From IMG/VR virus record IMGVR_UViG_3300034062_006954, positions 1 through 64,000 of that record: a stretch of 64,000 bases of DNA; one strand, written 5' to 3'. A program made the translations under genes and the position numbers. Below, in pieces: positions 20,551 to 31,697 of the stretch. The DNA is from a virus. The notes under the pieces were generated by a model. The model made no database searches, was not told the origin of the DNA, and saw nothing but the letters and a program-made list of their open reading frames with translations. The number at the start of each line of letters is the position of its first letter. The stretch's first letter is position 1.

Positions 20551-22431
20551 TTATCTCAATTCTTGTAAGTCGAATGTTCTAACACCATCAACTGTAATAC
20601 GCCCATAAAATCTATTATTCACCATTTTTTTAGCGTATCTAGTCATGATACCTTTGATTGGTGTAAAGTTGAATGGATTGTACATTGTTGGAGTTAATTG
20701 AAGTGGAACATACGGAGCGTAGATGTAACCAGTATCAAGAAGTGATGTACCTTTATGTCCGATTAACACTTGGTTAGATGGGAAGTAAGGATCACGATAT
20801 ACTTGGTATCTACCAGCTAATGTACCCACTCTTTCAATACCCATATTGTATTGGTCTTGCTCAGGAGAAGCATTTGATACGTGGAAGTATTCCAAGTCAT
20901 CAAAGATTGCAGAAACCTCAGAAGAAACAACAATCCAGTTAGCACCACCTCTAAGAGTTGATTTGTGGATTTGAGCAGAAAGTTGGTTGATAGCTGTAAT
21001 CAACGTTTGATTCCAGTCTTTTTGAGTGTAAACAGTGTTACCTGCAATTCTTCTCCATCCGTTGTAATCCCAACGTAAATTCCAAGCAGCACCTTTTCTA
21101 AGGTCACGAAGGATTTCTCTATCGATTTCAGCAGCAACTTGCTCAGAAAGAAGAGCAGTTAATTCAGCTTCAGCATCGATATTGTGGAATGCAGCAACGT
21201 CTTGAGCAAGTTCAGGAGACCATTGAGCTCTAAGTTTTCTTTCAGACACAGAAACAGTTACTGATTCAAGGTCAAAAGAAACCTCACCGATTTTATCTTC
21301 GAATTCAAGTTCTTCATATCTTCTCCATACAGCTGTGAAAGAAGTAGCAGAAGATGCTGAGAAAATAGTTGTACCAGTGTAACCATCTAAAGATGAATCA
21401 CCACAATTTGCACAAGCAGGACAAGAAAGGTCAACTTCTAAGTAGATACAACCATCTTGACCACAAATGTTATCAAATGTTCCACCATTACCACGATCTG
21501 CTGATGTTTTAGAACCTGAAGTACCACTTGGGAAAACAGTTTGTTCTCTTGTTGATGTTGGATTTACAATACCTTTACCATATTGTTGAGTAACAACTCT
21601 GAACAATAAATTAGGATAAGTATCAGTAGAAATACCCATAGTATCACAAGTATTTGTATCAGCAGAAATTGTGTTTCTGATAATTCTTAAGTCAGCAAGG
21701 AAAGTTTCAGAATCAACTTCATTTCCATCAGGACCGATTAACTTACCATAACCAGGGAAAGAAGTCCATCCACAAAGTTTCATAACTAACTTTCTAACGT
21801 TTGGTGTTGTTTCAGTGATTTGATAGTTTTCTAAAGAACCATTTACCCACTTCAACAAACCAGTATCTTGAGTGATAGCTGACCAACGACCTTTTGAATA
21901 GTCGAATAAACCTGCAGGTTCTAAACCTGGTTCAGTTCCTTCATAGAATAAATCATAAAGATTTTTTGCATAAGCACCAGCACCTGTGTAACCAGCATTT
22001 GGATTTCCAGGGTAGTTACCAGGACTACCTACAGGAGAGTAGTGTTCACCTGAATAATCAGGGAAACCTTTTGCATCAAAAGTACCACCACTATAACCTT
22101 GGATTTTAGGTACGAAGTAGAACAATTTACCGATAGGTAAGTTCATAGCTTGTACAGATACGATGTCATTTGCTAACAATTTAGAGAATACTCTTCTTAC
22201 GATTGGGAATACAACCGTTTCGAATGATCCTGAACTTCCATCAGAAGTTGCTTCGTTGATTAAGAAAGAAGCTTGGTTTTCATATAACTGAGCTACGTTT
22301 TCTTTTAGGTGGCCTCTAAGACCTTCAAGGAATCCTAATCTATCCCATTTGTTAATAGTATCTTCTTTGATAACTTTAAGGTGTTTCAAACCAATGTTAC
22401 CAACAAGACCCGATTCTAATAATGCTCCCAT
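20551..22431 (-). CDS. major capsid protein, T4 gp23-like
   Basis: PIVRRVF...DIVSVQAM, RKLRAQWSPELAQD..AFH.IDAEAEL, YAPYVPL, P.KGIMTRY. Confidence 0.97.
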   Translation of the reverse strand: MGALLESGLVGNIGLKHLKVIKEDTINKWDRLGFLEGLRGHLKENVAQLYENQASFLINEATSDGSSGSFETVVFPIVRRVFSKLLANDIVSVQAMNLPIGKLFYFVPKIQGYSGGTFDAKGFPDYSGEHYSPVGSPGNYPGNPNAGYTGAGAYAKNLYDLFYEGTEPGLEPAGLFDYSKGRWSAITQDTGLLKWVNGSLENYQITETTPNVRKLVMKLCGWTSFPGYGKLIGPDGNEVDSETFLADLRIIRNTISADTNTCDTMGISTDTYPNLLFRVVTQQYGKGIVNPTSTREQTVFPSGTSGSKTSADRGNGGTFDNICGQDGCIYLEVDLSCPACANCGDSSLDGYTGTTIFSASSATSFTAVWRRYEELEFEDKIGEVSFDLESVTVSVSERKLRAQWSPELAQDVAAFHNIDAEAELTALLSEQVAAEIDREILRDLRKGAAWNLRWDYNGWRRIAGNTVYTQKDWNQTLITAINQLSAQIHKSTLRGGANWIVVSSEVSAIFDDLEYFHVSNASPEQDQYNMGIERVGTLAGRYQVYRDPYFPSNQVLIGHKGTSLLDTGYIYAPYVPLQLTPTMYNPFNFTPIKGIMTRYAKKMVNNRFYGRITVDGVRTFDLQELR

Positions 22432-22471
22432 TTTGTATTTGTTTTTGTTTTTTAGCGAGTTTATTGATTTA

Positions 22472-24079
22472 TTATTTTAATTTTGACATTAAATCCTTCA
22501 TTCTTAAGAATTGTGGATTTTCGTAAGTTTTTGACTCAATCAAGTTAACAGCTGAACCAGTTGAAGGTGCTTTTGCAATTGTTCTTTCAATTGATTCACT
22601 TACTTGTTGTGGTTTAGAACTTGTTAATTCGTCTTTGATTGTTTTGTATAAGTTTTTAGATTCTTTGATTGTTTCTACAGAATCAAATCTTTTTAGAATA
22701 TTAATTTTCTCTTGTTTTGAAGTAGAATGTTCAGTAAACAATCTTGTAGCGTATGCCAAGTTTGAGTTGAAAGTTGCAACTTCATTAAGTTTATTTCTAA
22801 AAATATTTAATGCCTTTCTGTATTCTTCGTTTTTCTCTCTAAGGATTTCTAATTCATGCTGATTGAATGATTCTTCAATGTTTGTGTTAAATTTTGAATA
22901 CGTTCTAGGTTTTGGTAAACCACCTTTTCTGAATTTTGAACCAGCTCCTAATGTACGTGAAGCTTCTTTAGTTTCCATTTTCTTAGGTGTTGTAACCATT
23001 CCCTCTTTACGTTCTTTTCTGTGAGTTGGTTTGCCTTTGAATTCACCATCAAAACTTGGAGAATCTTTTTTATAGATATTTGCTTTTTTAGCACTACCAG
23101 TTCCCATCATTTTGTTAGCGTTTTTACCAACTACCTTGAAACCACCATCCATATTTGGAGTTTTAGACATCTTATATGATTGTGCATTTCCGAAACCGAT
23201 TCCTTTTGGTTTAGTTGATTTTTTAGATTTTTTAGATTCAAATAAACCTTCAAATTCTTCATCATCTTCTTCATCCATACCCATCATATTTTCATCTTCT
23301 ACTTCAAGTTCATATATTGTTTCTTCGTCCATAGATGACATCATAGATTCAACATCATCATCTTCATACATAGACATCATATCATCATCTTCGTCCATAT
23401 TCATCATACCTTCATCTTCCATTTCAAGTTCATATATTGTTTCTTCGTCCATTGACATTACATCAGACTCCATAGTCTCATAACCACCTTCTGGATAGTA
23501 ATCCTCCTCATCTTCTAATCCATCAAATTCTTCATCCATAAATTGATCAGCAAACATACCTTCTATATCTTCTTTTTCCATACCTTCAGAAACTACTAAG
23601 TATTCTTTGTCTGTTTCATTATCTTTGAAGATTGTGTTACCTTTTTTGTCTTTTGTAATAACAATTTCGTCATTTGGGTCTAATAAAGAATAAACTTTCA
23701 TTACTTGTGATGTTGGTGCATTTGTTAAGTCGATAACTTCTTCATCATCTTCCATGTCTTCGTCATCCATGTCATCATCGTCCATGTCCTCTTCATCGTC
23801 CATGTCATCATCATCCATATCATCGTCATCCATTTCTTCATCATCATCATCAAACTCTACATCAGCCACATCAGTGTCCTCAAAGTCCATTTCTTCATCA
23901 TCGTCTTCCTCAACCCCTTTTTTCTTTTTCTTACTTTCAAAAAGAGATTCCTTTACTAAATCTTTGATTTCTTGTTTCATAGTTGAAGCAAGTATTCCTT
24001 TTGCATTCTGAGCAACTGTTTCTTCCAAATTTTTCATTTGGATTATTGCCTCTTCAACAATTGATTTTTCGTTTGCCAT
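22472..24079 (-). CDS. prohead core/scaffold protein
   Basis: Highly acidic, coiled-coil C-terminus, directly upstream of capsid gene; start MANEKS after ATATTTAT motif. Confidence 0.75.
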   Translation of the reverse strand: MANEKSIVEEAIIQMKNLEETVAQNAKGILASTMKQEIKDLVKESLFESKKKKKGVEEDDDEEMDFEDTDVADVEFDDDDEEMDDDDMDDDDMDDEEDMDDDDMDDEDMEDDEEVIDLTNAPTSQVMKVYSLLDPNDEIVITKDKKGNTIFKDNETDKEYLVVSEGMEKEDIEGMFADQFMDEEFDGLEDEEDYYPEGGYETMESDVMSMDEETIYELEMEDEGMMNMDEDDDMMSMYEDDDVESMMSSMDEETIYELEVEDENMMGMDEEDDEEFEGLFESKKSKKSTKPKGIGFGNAQSYKMSKTPNMDGGFKVVGKNANKMMGTGSAKKANIYKKDSPSFDGEFKGKPTHRKERKEGMVTTPKKMETKEASRTLGAGSKFRKGGLPKPRTYSKFNTNIEESFNQHELEILREKNEEYRKALNIFRNKLNEVATFNSNLAYATRLFTEHSTSKQEKINILKRFDSVETIKESKNLYKTIKDELTSSKPQQVSESIERTIAKAPSTGSAVNLIESKTYENPQFLRMKDLMSKLK

Positions 24080-24237
24080 TTTTTTTATTTTTTTTATAAA
24101 TATGTTCATTTATGAAAAATATTACTTTTGAGTAATATCAAAAGAATTTTTTTTATATACATAAATATTGAGGTTTTCACAAAAATCAAAAGGGGACTCT
24201 TCCGAATCCCCCTTTTATTTTTAAATAACTATAAAAA

Positions 24238-24453
24238 TTATTCAATTACTTCATCAATTTTACTTTCAACTATGGCGGTTATTCTCCAATCCATAGTATA
24301 ATGTTCATAAATTTTTGTGACTTTTGCTTCAACATCAGTTGGATTATAACCTAATACTAATTTTTCCAACTTAATTTTTTTAACTTTTCCACTTTCTTCA
24401 TCAACTAAATCTTCAGTAATTTTTGCAACGAAATATTTTTGTCCACTTTCCAT
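24238..24453 (-). CDS. small conserved phage protein
   Basis: 71-aa ORF followed by terminator 24187..24215. Confidence 0.7.
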   Translation of the reverse strand: MESGQKYFVAKITEDLVDEESGKVKKIKLEKLVLGYNPTDVEAKVTKIYEHYTMDWRITAIVESKIDEVIE

Positions 24454-24477
24454 ATTTGAATTTTTTTTTTAATTTGT

Positions 24478-25203
24478 TTAATAACCCAAATAATCGTTAA
24501 GTCTTTTCATTAAGTCAAGAGATTTGTTACCATTTTCACCAACATTTCTTTCCATTGCCATATTTTTATCATCGTCTAAATTTTCATCCAAACTTGCCCT
24601 ATCTTCCTTATTCAAAAATAGATATGCACCAGGCGTTGATGGTGATGATACCAAATCAAAACAAATTAATTCAAAATCATCTTGAACCTCATTTTGTTCC
24701 CCAACTTTTTTTAATGAACCAACACCACGAGAAGAAATACCTAAAGTTACACCCTGACGTAAATAATTTGCTGCCATATCTCCTTTAGTAGAAACAATTC
24801 CTCTTTCGTGGAAACCTGGACTTGTCAACAATTTTAGTTTTCCCATTAAAACAGGACCTTCCCACCATATTTCTGTTATAATATGAGAAACTCTATCTAA
24901 GTCTATTAGAGAAGATTCAGGGTGATTTAATTCAGATAAGGAAGTACCCTTTTGAATCATTTTTTTATAGTTTTCAGCTTCTCTCTTTAAAATACGTTCA
25001 GGATAAATTCTACCATTACGATTTGGTGTATTGAATTTTTGTAATACAGCGTAAAACTCAAATGGTTTAGAATGGTCTAAAAAGTTTTTAGACTCTTTAA
25101 TTATTTTTGCATTTTCTTCGTGAGATGGTGAAACGAATCCAGCATCCTCTTCAATTAAAATCCCCTTTCCGCTTTGACCAGGTTTTAATATTTTAAGTTC
25201 CAT
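24478..25203 (-). CDS. prohead protease, T4 gp21-like
   Basis: NRNGRIYP, ELNHP, VSH, GISSRGVGS, DLVSSPSTPGA. Confidence 0.95.
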   Translation of the reverse strand: MELKILKPGQSGKGILIEEDAGFVSPSHEENAKIIKESKNFLDHSKPFEFYAVLQKFNTPNRNGRIYPERILKREAENYKKMIQKGTSLSELNHPESSLIDLDRVSHIITEIWWEGPVLMGKLKLLTSPGFHERGIVSTKGDMAANYLRQGVTLGISSRGVGSLKKVGEQNEVQDDFELICFDLVSSPSTPGAYLFLNKEDRASLDENLDDDKNMAMERNVGENGNKSLDLMKRLNDYLGY

Positions 25204-25238
25204 AATCTTTTATAAATAAATATCATTATTTTTGATAT

Positions 25239-25688
25239 TTATATTTCTGTGGATTTGTTCTTTTTTGTTAATGAAAAATTGAAGTATTCGTTTTTCAAAA
25301 AATTTTGATTGATTACATTTTTAGTAAGAGATTTAAGATTCTCTTTTAAGTTGGTATCTTTGAAATCTAAATTTTCTTCTTTCAAGAAAAGATTAATTTC
25401 TAAATTAAGAAAAGACTTTTTAGTTAAACTAATACCACTTGATCTCAAATCTAAATCAACAATAAAATTTTCTTTGAATAAATGATTATTTAGATTGTTA
25501 TGAACTGAGTGTTTTATGGCACGTGATAAATTTAGAACAACACGATTCCAATTATCTGAATCTTTTTTTGGTTCTACCCAAGTCTGAATATTTAAATATA
25601 TTGATTTTAGTTCGAAAGAGTCGACAGTACCATACGTAATTTTTGCTATTTTAAACCCTAAAATTTTAGAGGTTTTTCCTTTTTTCAT
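25239..25688 (-). CDS. hypothetical protein
   Basis: 149-aa ORF in head module. Confidence 0.7.
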   Translation of the reverse strand: MKKGKTSKILGFKIAKITYGTVDSFELKSIYLNIQTWVEPKKDSDNWNRVVLNLSRAIKHSVHNNLNNHLFKENFIVDLDLRSSGISLTKKSFLNLEINLFLKEENLDFKDTNLKENLKSLTKNVINQNFLKNEYFNFSLTKKNKSTEI

Positions 25689-25782
25689 TAAATAAAATTT
25701 TACAATTGTTTATTTTAGAAAAAAGTAATTAAATTTGTTTTAAAAGTCAAAAAACAATAAATCATTATAAAAAACCATAAAA

Positions 25783-25974
25783 ATGTTAATAGTACAAGTA
25801 GATAACAAAACCCCAATTGAAAAAGCTTTGAAACTATTCAAAAGTAAAGTTATTAAAACTAAATTGATGTCTGAATTGAGAAATCGAAAAGAATTTACTA
25901 AACCATCAATAACCAAGCGTAAAACTAAGAATAGTGCAATTTACAGAGAACAAATGAAAAAAACTGAAAACTAA
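25783..25974 (+). CDS. rpsU: ribosomal protein bS21
   Basis: IEKALKLFKSKV...ELRNRKEFTKPSITKR...AIY; 63 aa, basic. Confidence 0.9.
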   Translation: MLIVQVDNKTPIEKALKLFKSKVIKTKLMSELRNRKEFTKPSITKRKTKNSAIYREQMKKTEN

Positions 25975-26684
25975 ATTGACTCCTTTAAACTTTTAAGTTT
26001 ATAGTAATTTAACTTAGTGTAATTTTCACTTTTCATTTTTTCAATACTTTCATTTATTTTTACTACAACATCAGATTCTGCTGATTTCTTTAAATCAGTA
26101 AGTTTTTCTATTACATTCTCTTTCAACTTACCATATTCACTCTTTAGAATATTGTCATCTTCATTCAACATATTTTCAAGTTCTCGTTTTTCAGATTCAC
26201 TTAAGTTATCTATGTAACCCTTAATGGTTTTATTTGCAATATTCACAATAGTTTTTATTGGTAACTCAATTGAATCAGATGAGTTTAATGGTTTCTTTCT
26301 AAGAGTTTCTGATAGTATTTTTTTACTACTAATTTTTTCATTGATAGATGTTACATCATTAGAAAAAAGTTTGTCAATTGTTTCATATTTGTTTTCTGTT
26401 TGGATATTACCTATCCATTTTTTTATCTCAAGAATTTTATTATTAGTAACTTTGTTAATCAAGTTTTCATATATTTTAACACTCTCATTAAGGTAATCAT
26501 TAATAAGAGTGTTATCCATTCCTTGGTTTGTATTTAATTCATCGTATAAGTAAAAAAGACTACTTATAGTTTTGTCCTCCAGAACTAATTTTTTAAAGTT
26601 TTTTATTTCATTTTTAAAACTTTTTTTGATATATGATTCTAATAATTTCTCTTCAATTTTTGATTTAAGTGTCCCGAATTTCAT
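25971..26684 (-). CDS. hypothetical head-module protein
   Basis: Start MKFGTLK after ATATTTAT motif. Confidence 0.7.
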   Translation of the reverse strand: MKFGTLKSKIEEKLLESYIKKSFKNEIKNFKKLVLEDKTISSLFYLYDELNTNQGMDNTLINDYLNESVKIYENLINKVTNNKILEIKKWIGNIQTENKYETIDKLFSNDVTSINEKISSKKILSETLRKKPLNSSDSIELPIKTIVNIANKTIKGYIDNLSESEKRELENMLNEDDNILKSEYGKLKENVIEKLTDLKKSAESDVVVKINESIEKMKSENYTKLNYYKLKSLKESI

Positions 26685-26704
26685 AGTGTTTTTATTTATA
26701 AATA

Positions 26705-28504
26705 TCAATCGTTTAAAAGTTTACTTAATTGGTTTTCCATTTCACCTAAAAAATTTTTACCTTTAGATAAATCAATAAAAGAATCATCATCTAAAAGATT
26801 TTCACTCTCTAATAATATTTTTAAATTATCTCGATTGAAAGATTCAGGTGTCAAACCTCCCCCTTCTCCTCCAACTGGTGGTGGAGGTGGAGCTCCTCCA
26901 GGAGATGGTGGTGCACCTGCTCCTCCTCCTGTAGTCGTTGTTGTACCACTTTTTGTTGAGTATAACTTATCTAAGTTATCAAAAACACCAGTATGAGTTA
27001 TAATTGTTGCAGTATTTTTCAATTCAGCACCAACTGCTTGTTCTATTCTTTGTTGTTGTAAGTCAATCTTAATTTCTTCATCAGAGAATCCAAGAATGTG
27101 TTTTTTAGCCCACGTGATTGAAACTGGCATAATACCTTCAGCACCTGCTGTTGTTGCCTCTTTATAAGCCGCAAATTTTTCTTTCCAAACATCAACTTTC
27201 AATAAATCAGCTTGAGTTGATGGATTTGTTAAACTTAATGTAAAGTTATTTAACTCGTCTTCAAATCCCAATAAGAATAAATGAATGATTGCTATTTTAT
27301 TCATTTCAGCAACCATTGATTTTTGAATTCTATTAATTGTTCTTGCAAAACGAATATCAATTAACGATAAGTTTTTTCCATCCCCAACAGGTTCTTCAAA
27401 TCCTAAAAATGCTTTAGGTACACGTAATGCGGTAAGAAGTTTTTTCTGAATGTATTCAATATCGGCAATCTCACCTAAGTTTGTTCCACCCGCTAATGTT
27501 TCGATAGGGTTAGTTGCTGCAGGATCCCTCACAGGTATAAAATAATCTTGGTCAACAGCCATTTGATTAAATCTCATATCAACATTACCTGTTTGAGAAT
27601 CAACTACCTGACTACGTTTAAATTTGTTTGCAACACGTTGTACATATGGTTCAACATCCTTATCATCCATATTACCAACGAATACTTTAAATACCCTTCT
27701 TTCAGGAGCACGAGAAGTTCTATATATCAACATCGCATCTTCAGATAACAATAATTGTTTCCAAATACGTCTTGCTTTTTCTAACATTGATGTACCATAA
27801 GGAAGTTTTCTATCATCACCTAATAAACGGAAGTGAGCAATTTCCCAAGAATTGAACTCCATATCCTTAGCCTTCCATTTAAATCTAAGACCCTTGTTTT
27901 CTGCAGGTTCTTCAACATTTTGTCTACTTGCTTGTGCTGGCATACCTCTTTCCAAACGTTCAATTTCAATGTTTGGTAATTGCATACAACCAACAACTCC
28001 TTTTTCTGAATCCAATTTCAAATACACAAAGTTATCACCATACTTACAAGTATTCCTCGTCCACATAGGTAAATTTGTATTGATATCAAGTACATTGATA
28101 AACAAGTCTATCAATATTGATTTAATTCTTTTTGATTCAGAATATATTTGCAACATATAACCATTATGGTCAACAGTTGTTGCTTCTTCACCATAAATGT
28201 CCAATGCTGCAGATATTTCTGGTGTATATTCCATACTTTCATAATCATAAAATGATGCCAACCTCGTTGGTTCATAATAAACTGCTTGAGTATATAAGTT
28301 ACTTTCAATCTTTGTCCATTGATTGGCCAAATAATAAGTTTGTTGTGCTTGTAAAAGTTCCTTTTCGTATTCTTGTTTAGAAGGTGTACGTAGTAGTTCT
28401 TTTTTATCAAACTTATAAGTTGGATAATCCTGATTTAATAAAGCATTAGGTCCGAAAGCGTGGGACAACCTTTGCCAAACTGTTAAATTATTTTTTTGTT
28501 CCAT
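26705..28504 (-). CDS. portal protein, T4 gp20-like
   Basis: EDAMLIYRTSRAPERRVFKVFVGNM, DYFIPVR, IETLAGG.NLGEI.DIEY..KKL..ALRVP. Confidence 0.95.
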   Translation of the reverse strand: MEQKNNLTVWQRLSHAFGPNALLNQDYPTYKFDKKELLRTPSKQEYEKELLQAQQTYYLANQWTKIESNLYTQAVYYEPTRLASFYDYESMEYTPEISAALDIYGEEATTVDHNGYMLQIYSESKRIKSILIDLFINVLDINTNLPMWTRNTCKYGDNFVYLKLDSEKGVVGCMQLPNIEIERLERGMPAQASRQNVEEPAENKGLRFKWKAKDMEFNSWEIAHFRLLGDDRKLPYGTSMLEKARRIWKQLLLSEDAMLIYRTSRAPERRVFKVFVGNMDDKDVEPYVQRVANKFKRSQVVDSQTGNVDMRFNQMAVDQDYFIPVRDPAATNPIETLAGGTNLGEIADIEYIQKKLLTALRVPKAFLGFEEPVGDGKNLSLIDIRFARTINRIQKSMVAEMNKIAIIHLFLLGFEDELNNFTLSLTNPSTQADLLKVDVWKEKFAAYKEATTAGAEGIMPVSITWAKKHILGFSDEEIKIDLQQQRIEQAVGAELKNTATIITHTGVFDNLDKLYSTKSGTTTTTGGGAGAPPSPGGAPPPPPVGGEGGGLTPESFNRDNLKILLESENLLDDDSFIDLSKGKNFLGEMENQLSKLLND

Positions 28505-28542
28505 AAATTTAATTTAATGAAAAATATCAATAATTAAATAAT

Positions 28543-28692
28543 TTAATTATTTTGATTTTTTTGGAGTTGGTCATTATTTTGTACAGACTTGTCTGTTGGT
28601 ATAATTTTCTTTGTTGCAATTCCTTGTCCTGGTACATTTAATTTTGAACCATCAAATTTTTTACCCGATTTTTTTCTTCTTGTAACTCCCAT
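28543..28692 (-). CDS. small basic hypothetical protein
   Basis: MGVTRRKK start after ATATTTAT motif. Confidence 0.5.
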   Translation of the reverse strand: MGVTRRKKSGKKFDGSKLNVPGQGIATKKIIPTDKSVQNNDQLQKNQNN

Positions 28693-28711
28693 AATCTTTA
28701 TTTTATAAATA

Positions 28712-30475
28712 TTATCTACCACCAAATAACCAAGAATATTTCATATAATCCTCCTTGGAGATATTTTGATTTCTTTGATTTATTCTTTCGTGACCATAAG
28801 GTATTACAGGATTAAAATCAATTTGTTTAGTAACCTCTTCATTATTACTTACAGACCATGAATCTAACATAGCTTTTGTTTGTTCAGTAACTTTTTCCAA
28901 ATTACTAAAAGAAGACTCAGCAACATAAGTAGCCATTGCAATTGACATAATTAAATCATCATGTTGTCCCTTTTGATGGTCAGGTCTTCCATTTACATAT
29001 ACAAAAGTATTCATTTCATCAAATAATCTTGAACTATGAATTTTAAATTCATGTCTCATTACCTCCTCAAATGATGCTATAATCTGAACACGTTTATTAT
29101 TAAAATTAATACCTGGTATCTTATCTAAAGCCTTTGGATCATACTTCCATTTATTTGCCAAATCAACACCATCTATGTATAAATTTTTATAACCCATTTC
29201 TTGTAACTTTCTTGATGTCGCAACACCCATACCACCAGTTATATCTATTACGATAAAACAATTATACATATTACCCCACTTGTAACATATCTCAGCCATT
29301 GTATCAGGTGGAAGTTTTCCAACATATTCGGCAACTTGTTCACGTTCATCAAAATCGATAATTTGGAATGAACTAAAGTCCTCACTATCACCTCTACTAA
29401 CATCCACACCCATAACGTACTTATGTCCCATTATTGGTTCTTTCCATATCCAAAGAGAATTACCAATCATTTTATTTTGGGGTTCTTTAATCATATTTTC
29501 TTTAACTCTTTGCATCATTAAAGAATCAAATACATTATCACCTGAACCAAGAAAATTACACTCTAACTCTTGTGAAACCTTACGTTTGTCATACTTAAGT
29601 TTCTTTACCATACCCTCAAACCAAGATGAACAAGGTTTATACCCCGAATTCATCATTAACTTTAGTTCTTCAAAATTTCTTTCTTCAAAAGGAATTTGAG
29701 CCCAAGAAATAATATCTTCTTTTGGATATTCTTCTTTGTTCAGTAAATAATGAATTGTATCTTGAGTTTTTACTAAAAATAAGTCTTTTGTATATCTTGG
29801 GTCTCTATACCAAAACATTTCAGATATTTTGAAATCATTCATCCCTCTATTTGCTTGATTATAGATTTCATAATATATTGGGTCATAACCATTTGGTGTG
29901 GAAACCACAATTACTTTACCACCAGTTGAAAGTGATGCCATACAAGCCGCCCAAAAGTCAGAATCAGCATCAATGAACGCAGCTTCGTCAAATACAAGAA
30001 TTGTTGGAGTAAAACCACGAAGAGCATCCTTTGACGTTGCAACCGCTTTAACCTCACATCCATTGTTTGTCTTAAAATGTTTTTGAGAATCCTTATCTTT
30101 TGAAAAATCAATTGCAACCCAAGATGGCCATTGAGTAATAAACATTCTAATTTTATTGGCCATCTCTTGAGATGTATCAAGTTTATTGGCGATTATTAGA
30201 ATCTTTTCAGGTTTATTTTTTTTGGCAAATGCTATTTTCTTTGAAATCCAAGCAGCTGTTACTGTGGATACCCCAGCCTGACGATACTTTAAAGCAATGT
30301 TTTCATTGTAATCTTCATAATCTTGTAATAGTGAAATTTGGTCAGGGAATAACTCCAATGGCACATATTTTGATACCGTATTATCGTAAGTTTCTAAATA
30401 TGTTTTTAGTGCATATGTAGTATCCCTCATACACTTAACATACTCAATCATTACTTGTTCTTTTGTTAAACTCAT
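28712..30475 (-). CDS. terL: terminase large subunit, T4 gp17-like
   Basis: KYRQAGVST, LVFDEAAF, VSTPNG, QELECNFLGS, GVDVSRG, HDDLIMS. Confidence 0.95.
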   Translation of the reverse strand: MSLTKEQVMIEYVKCMRDTTYALKTYLETYDNTVSKYVPLELFPDQISLLQDYEDYNENIALKYRQAGVSTVTAAWISKKIAFAKKNKPEKILIIANKLDTSQEMANKIRMFITQWPSWVAIDFSKDKDSQKHFKTNNGCEVKAVATSKDALRGFTPTILVFDEAAFIDADSDFWAACMASLSTGGKVIVVSTPNGYDPIYYEIYNQANRGMNDFKISEMFWYRDPRYTKDLFLVKTQDTIHYLLNKEEYPKEDIISWAQIPFEERNFEELKLMMNSGYKPCSSWFEGMVKKLKYDKRKVSQELECNFLGSGDNVFDSLMMQRVKENMIKEPQNKMIGNSLWIWKEPIMGHKYVMGVDVSRGDSEDFSSFQIIDFDEREQVAEYVGKLPPDTMAEICYKWGNMYNCFIVIDITGGMGVATSRKLQEMGYKNLYIDGVDLANKWKYDPKALDKIPGINFNNKRVQIIASFEEVMRHEFKIHSSRLFDEMNTFVYVNGRPDHQKGQHDDLIMSIAMATYVAESSFSNLEKVTEQTKAMLDSWSVSNNEEVTKQIDFNPVIPYGHERINQRNQNISKEDYMKYSWLFGGR

Positions 30476-30538
30476 AAATGTTTTTTTATAAATATAAAAA
30501 CCCCCACTTATTTATAAATGGGGGTTTTAAAGTTATTT

Positions 30539-31696
30539 TTAATCTTCATCATCTACATCATATACATCCCAATCATCGGGATTAAAATCATCGTCATCGT
30601 ACTCATCTTCCTCAGGTTCAATTGGTTCTACCTTTTTTTCTGTTTTCATAATTTTTTCGTAATCTGGTTTTTCAATTTTCGGTGAATTTTTTTTGATTGT
30701 GTTTACAATTAATTGAGAAAATTCTTCAAACTTTTTCATTCCAGCTGGTTTTCCACCTAACACACCATCGTACATAATTTCGTTAAATAACTTTGGTTTA
30801 TCATTTGCTAATTTGTTGAATTGAGTTTGAATTGCCCCATCCATCCAAGTTTCATAACCATCAATTAATTCACCCCATAAAAATCTTAATTTAGAACTAA
30901 TTTCTCTACCAGTAATCATATTCTTAATTTCGTGTTTATGAGTATCGGTAATTTTCGTGAGAGTATTATTAATAGTTTTGTCTTTTGGTAAGTATAACAA
31001 CGAATTGAAGTATCTTCCCGCTTTATATAATTCGTGTACCAATAATGGAAAATGTGGAGCTCTAACTTGTATCACCCAACCACCAGGATTAGAATTATCG
31101 GGTATAACATCAGCAAATGCAACCCTACCAACCGCTTGTTCAGCCATTCTTTCCAACATTGCAACATTATCATTATAGAAAATCGTTGCAGAATTTTCGA
31201 ATTGTTTGTATTTGTTAATTAAATCGGGATCCATTTGATTTAATTGACTTTCTATTTCTTTGTAGGCATTAAATCCTTCAGACCAAGCAGTACCTTGAGT
31301 TGTCGCATTAATAAAATTTCTTGCCTTAACACGTTCATCAAATTCAGGGTCAACTTCTTTTGCCTTTTCTATTTGTTGTGGTGTAACTTTTTGTGGTGTT
31401 GTACGAACTGTGGCATTTGTTGAAAATTCAACATCCATTCTAATAGTCCCATTATCAACTCTTTCTTTTATCTTTGGAAATTTACTAAAAAATATTGCCA
31501 AAGCTAACTTTAAAAGTTTATCACGATGTTGAGATTCCAAAGATGGTAAATAGCTCATTAACTGACCCATATTATTATTACTACCACCTTCTTCTTTCGC
31601 CCTTTGATATTTTCTATTTTGAGCACCAAGAATCTTTTCCTTAGCATCTTGACTTAGAAAATCATCAACTGGTGCCTCATATAAAAGTATTTTCAT
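30539..31696 (-). CDS. hypothetical protein
   Basis: 385-aa ORF; FPLLVHELYK degenerate zincin-like motif. Confidence 0.65.
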   Translation of the reverse strand: MKILLYEAPVDDFLSQDAKEKILGAQNRKYQRAKEEGGSNNNMGQLMSYLPSLESQHRDKLLKLALAIFFSKFPKIKERVDNGTIRMDVEFSTNATVRTTPQKVTPQQIEKAKEVDPEFDERVKARNFINATTQGTAWSEGFNAYKEIESQLNQMDPDLINKYKQFENSATIFYNDNVAMLERMAEQAVGRVAFADVIPDNSNPGGWVIQVRAPHFPLLVHELYKAGRYFNSLLYLPKDKTINNTLTKITDTHKHEIKNMITGREISSKLRFLWGELIDGYETWMDGAIQTQFNKLANDKPKLFNEIMYDGVLGGKPAGMKKFEEFSQLIVNTIKKNSPKIEKPDYEKIMKTEKKVEPIEPEEDEYDDDDFNPDDWDVYDVDDED

Positions 31697-31697
31697 A

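Noticed and set aside
23112-24011. Poly-Ser plus-strand ORFs and other short antisense ORFs in the track
   Set aside because: Shadows of acidic or long genes on the opposite strand
19776-30475. Introns or inteins in capsid, portal or terminase
   Set aside because: ORFs are continuous with expected lengths; the nearby HNH is free-standing behind the capsid terminator
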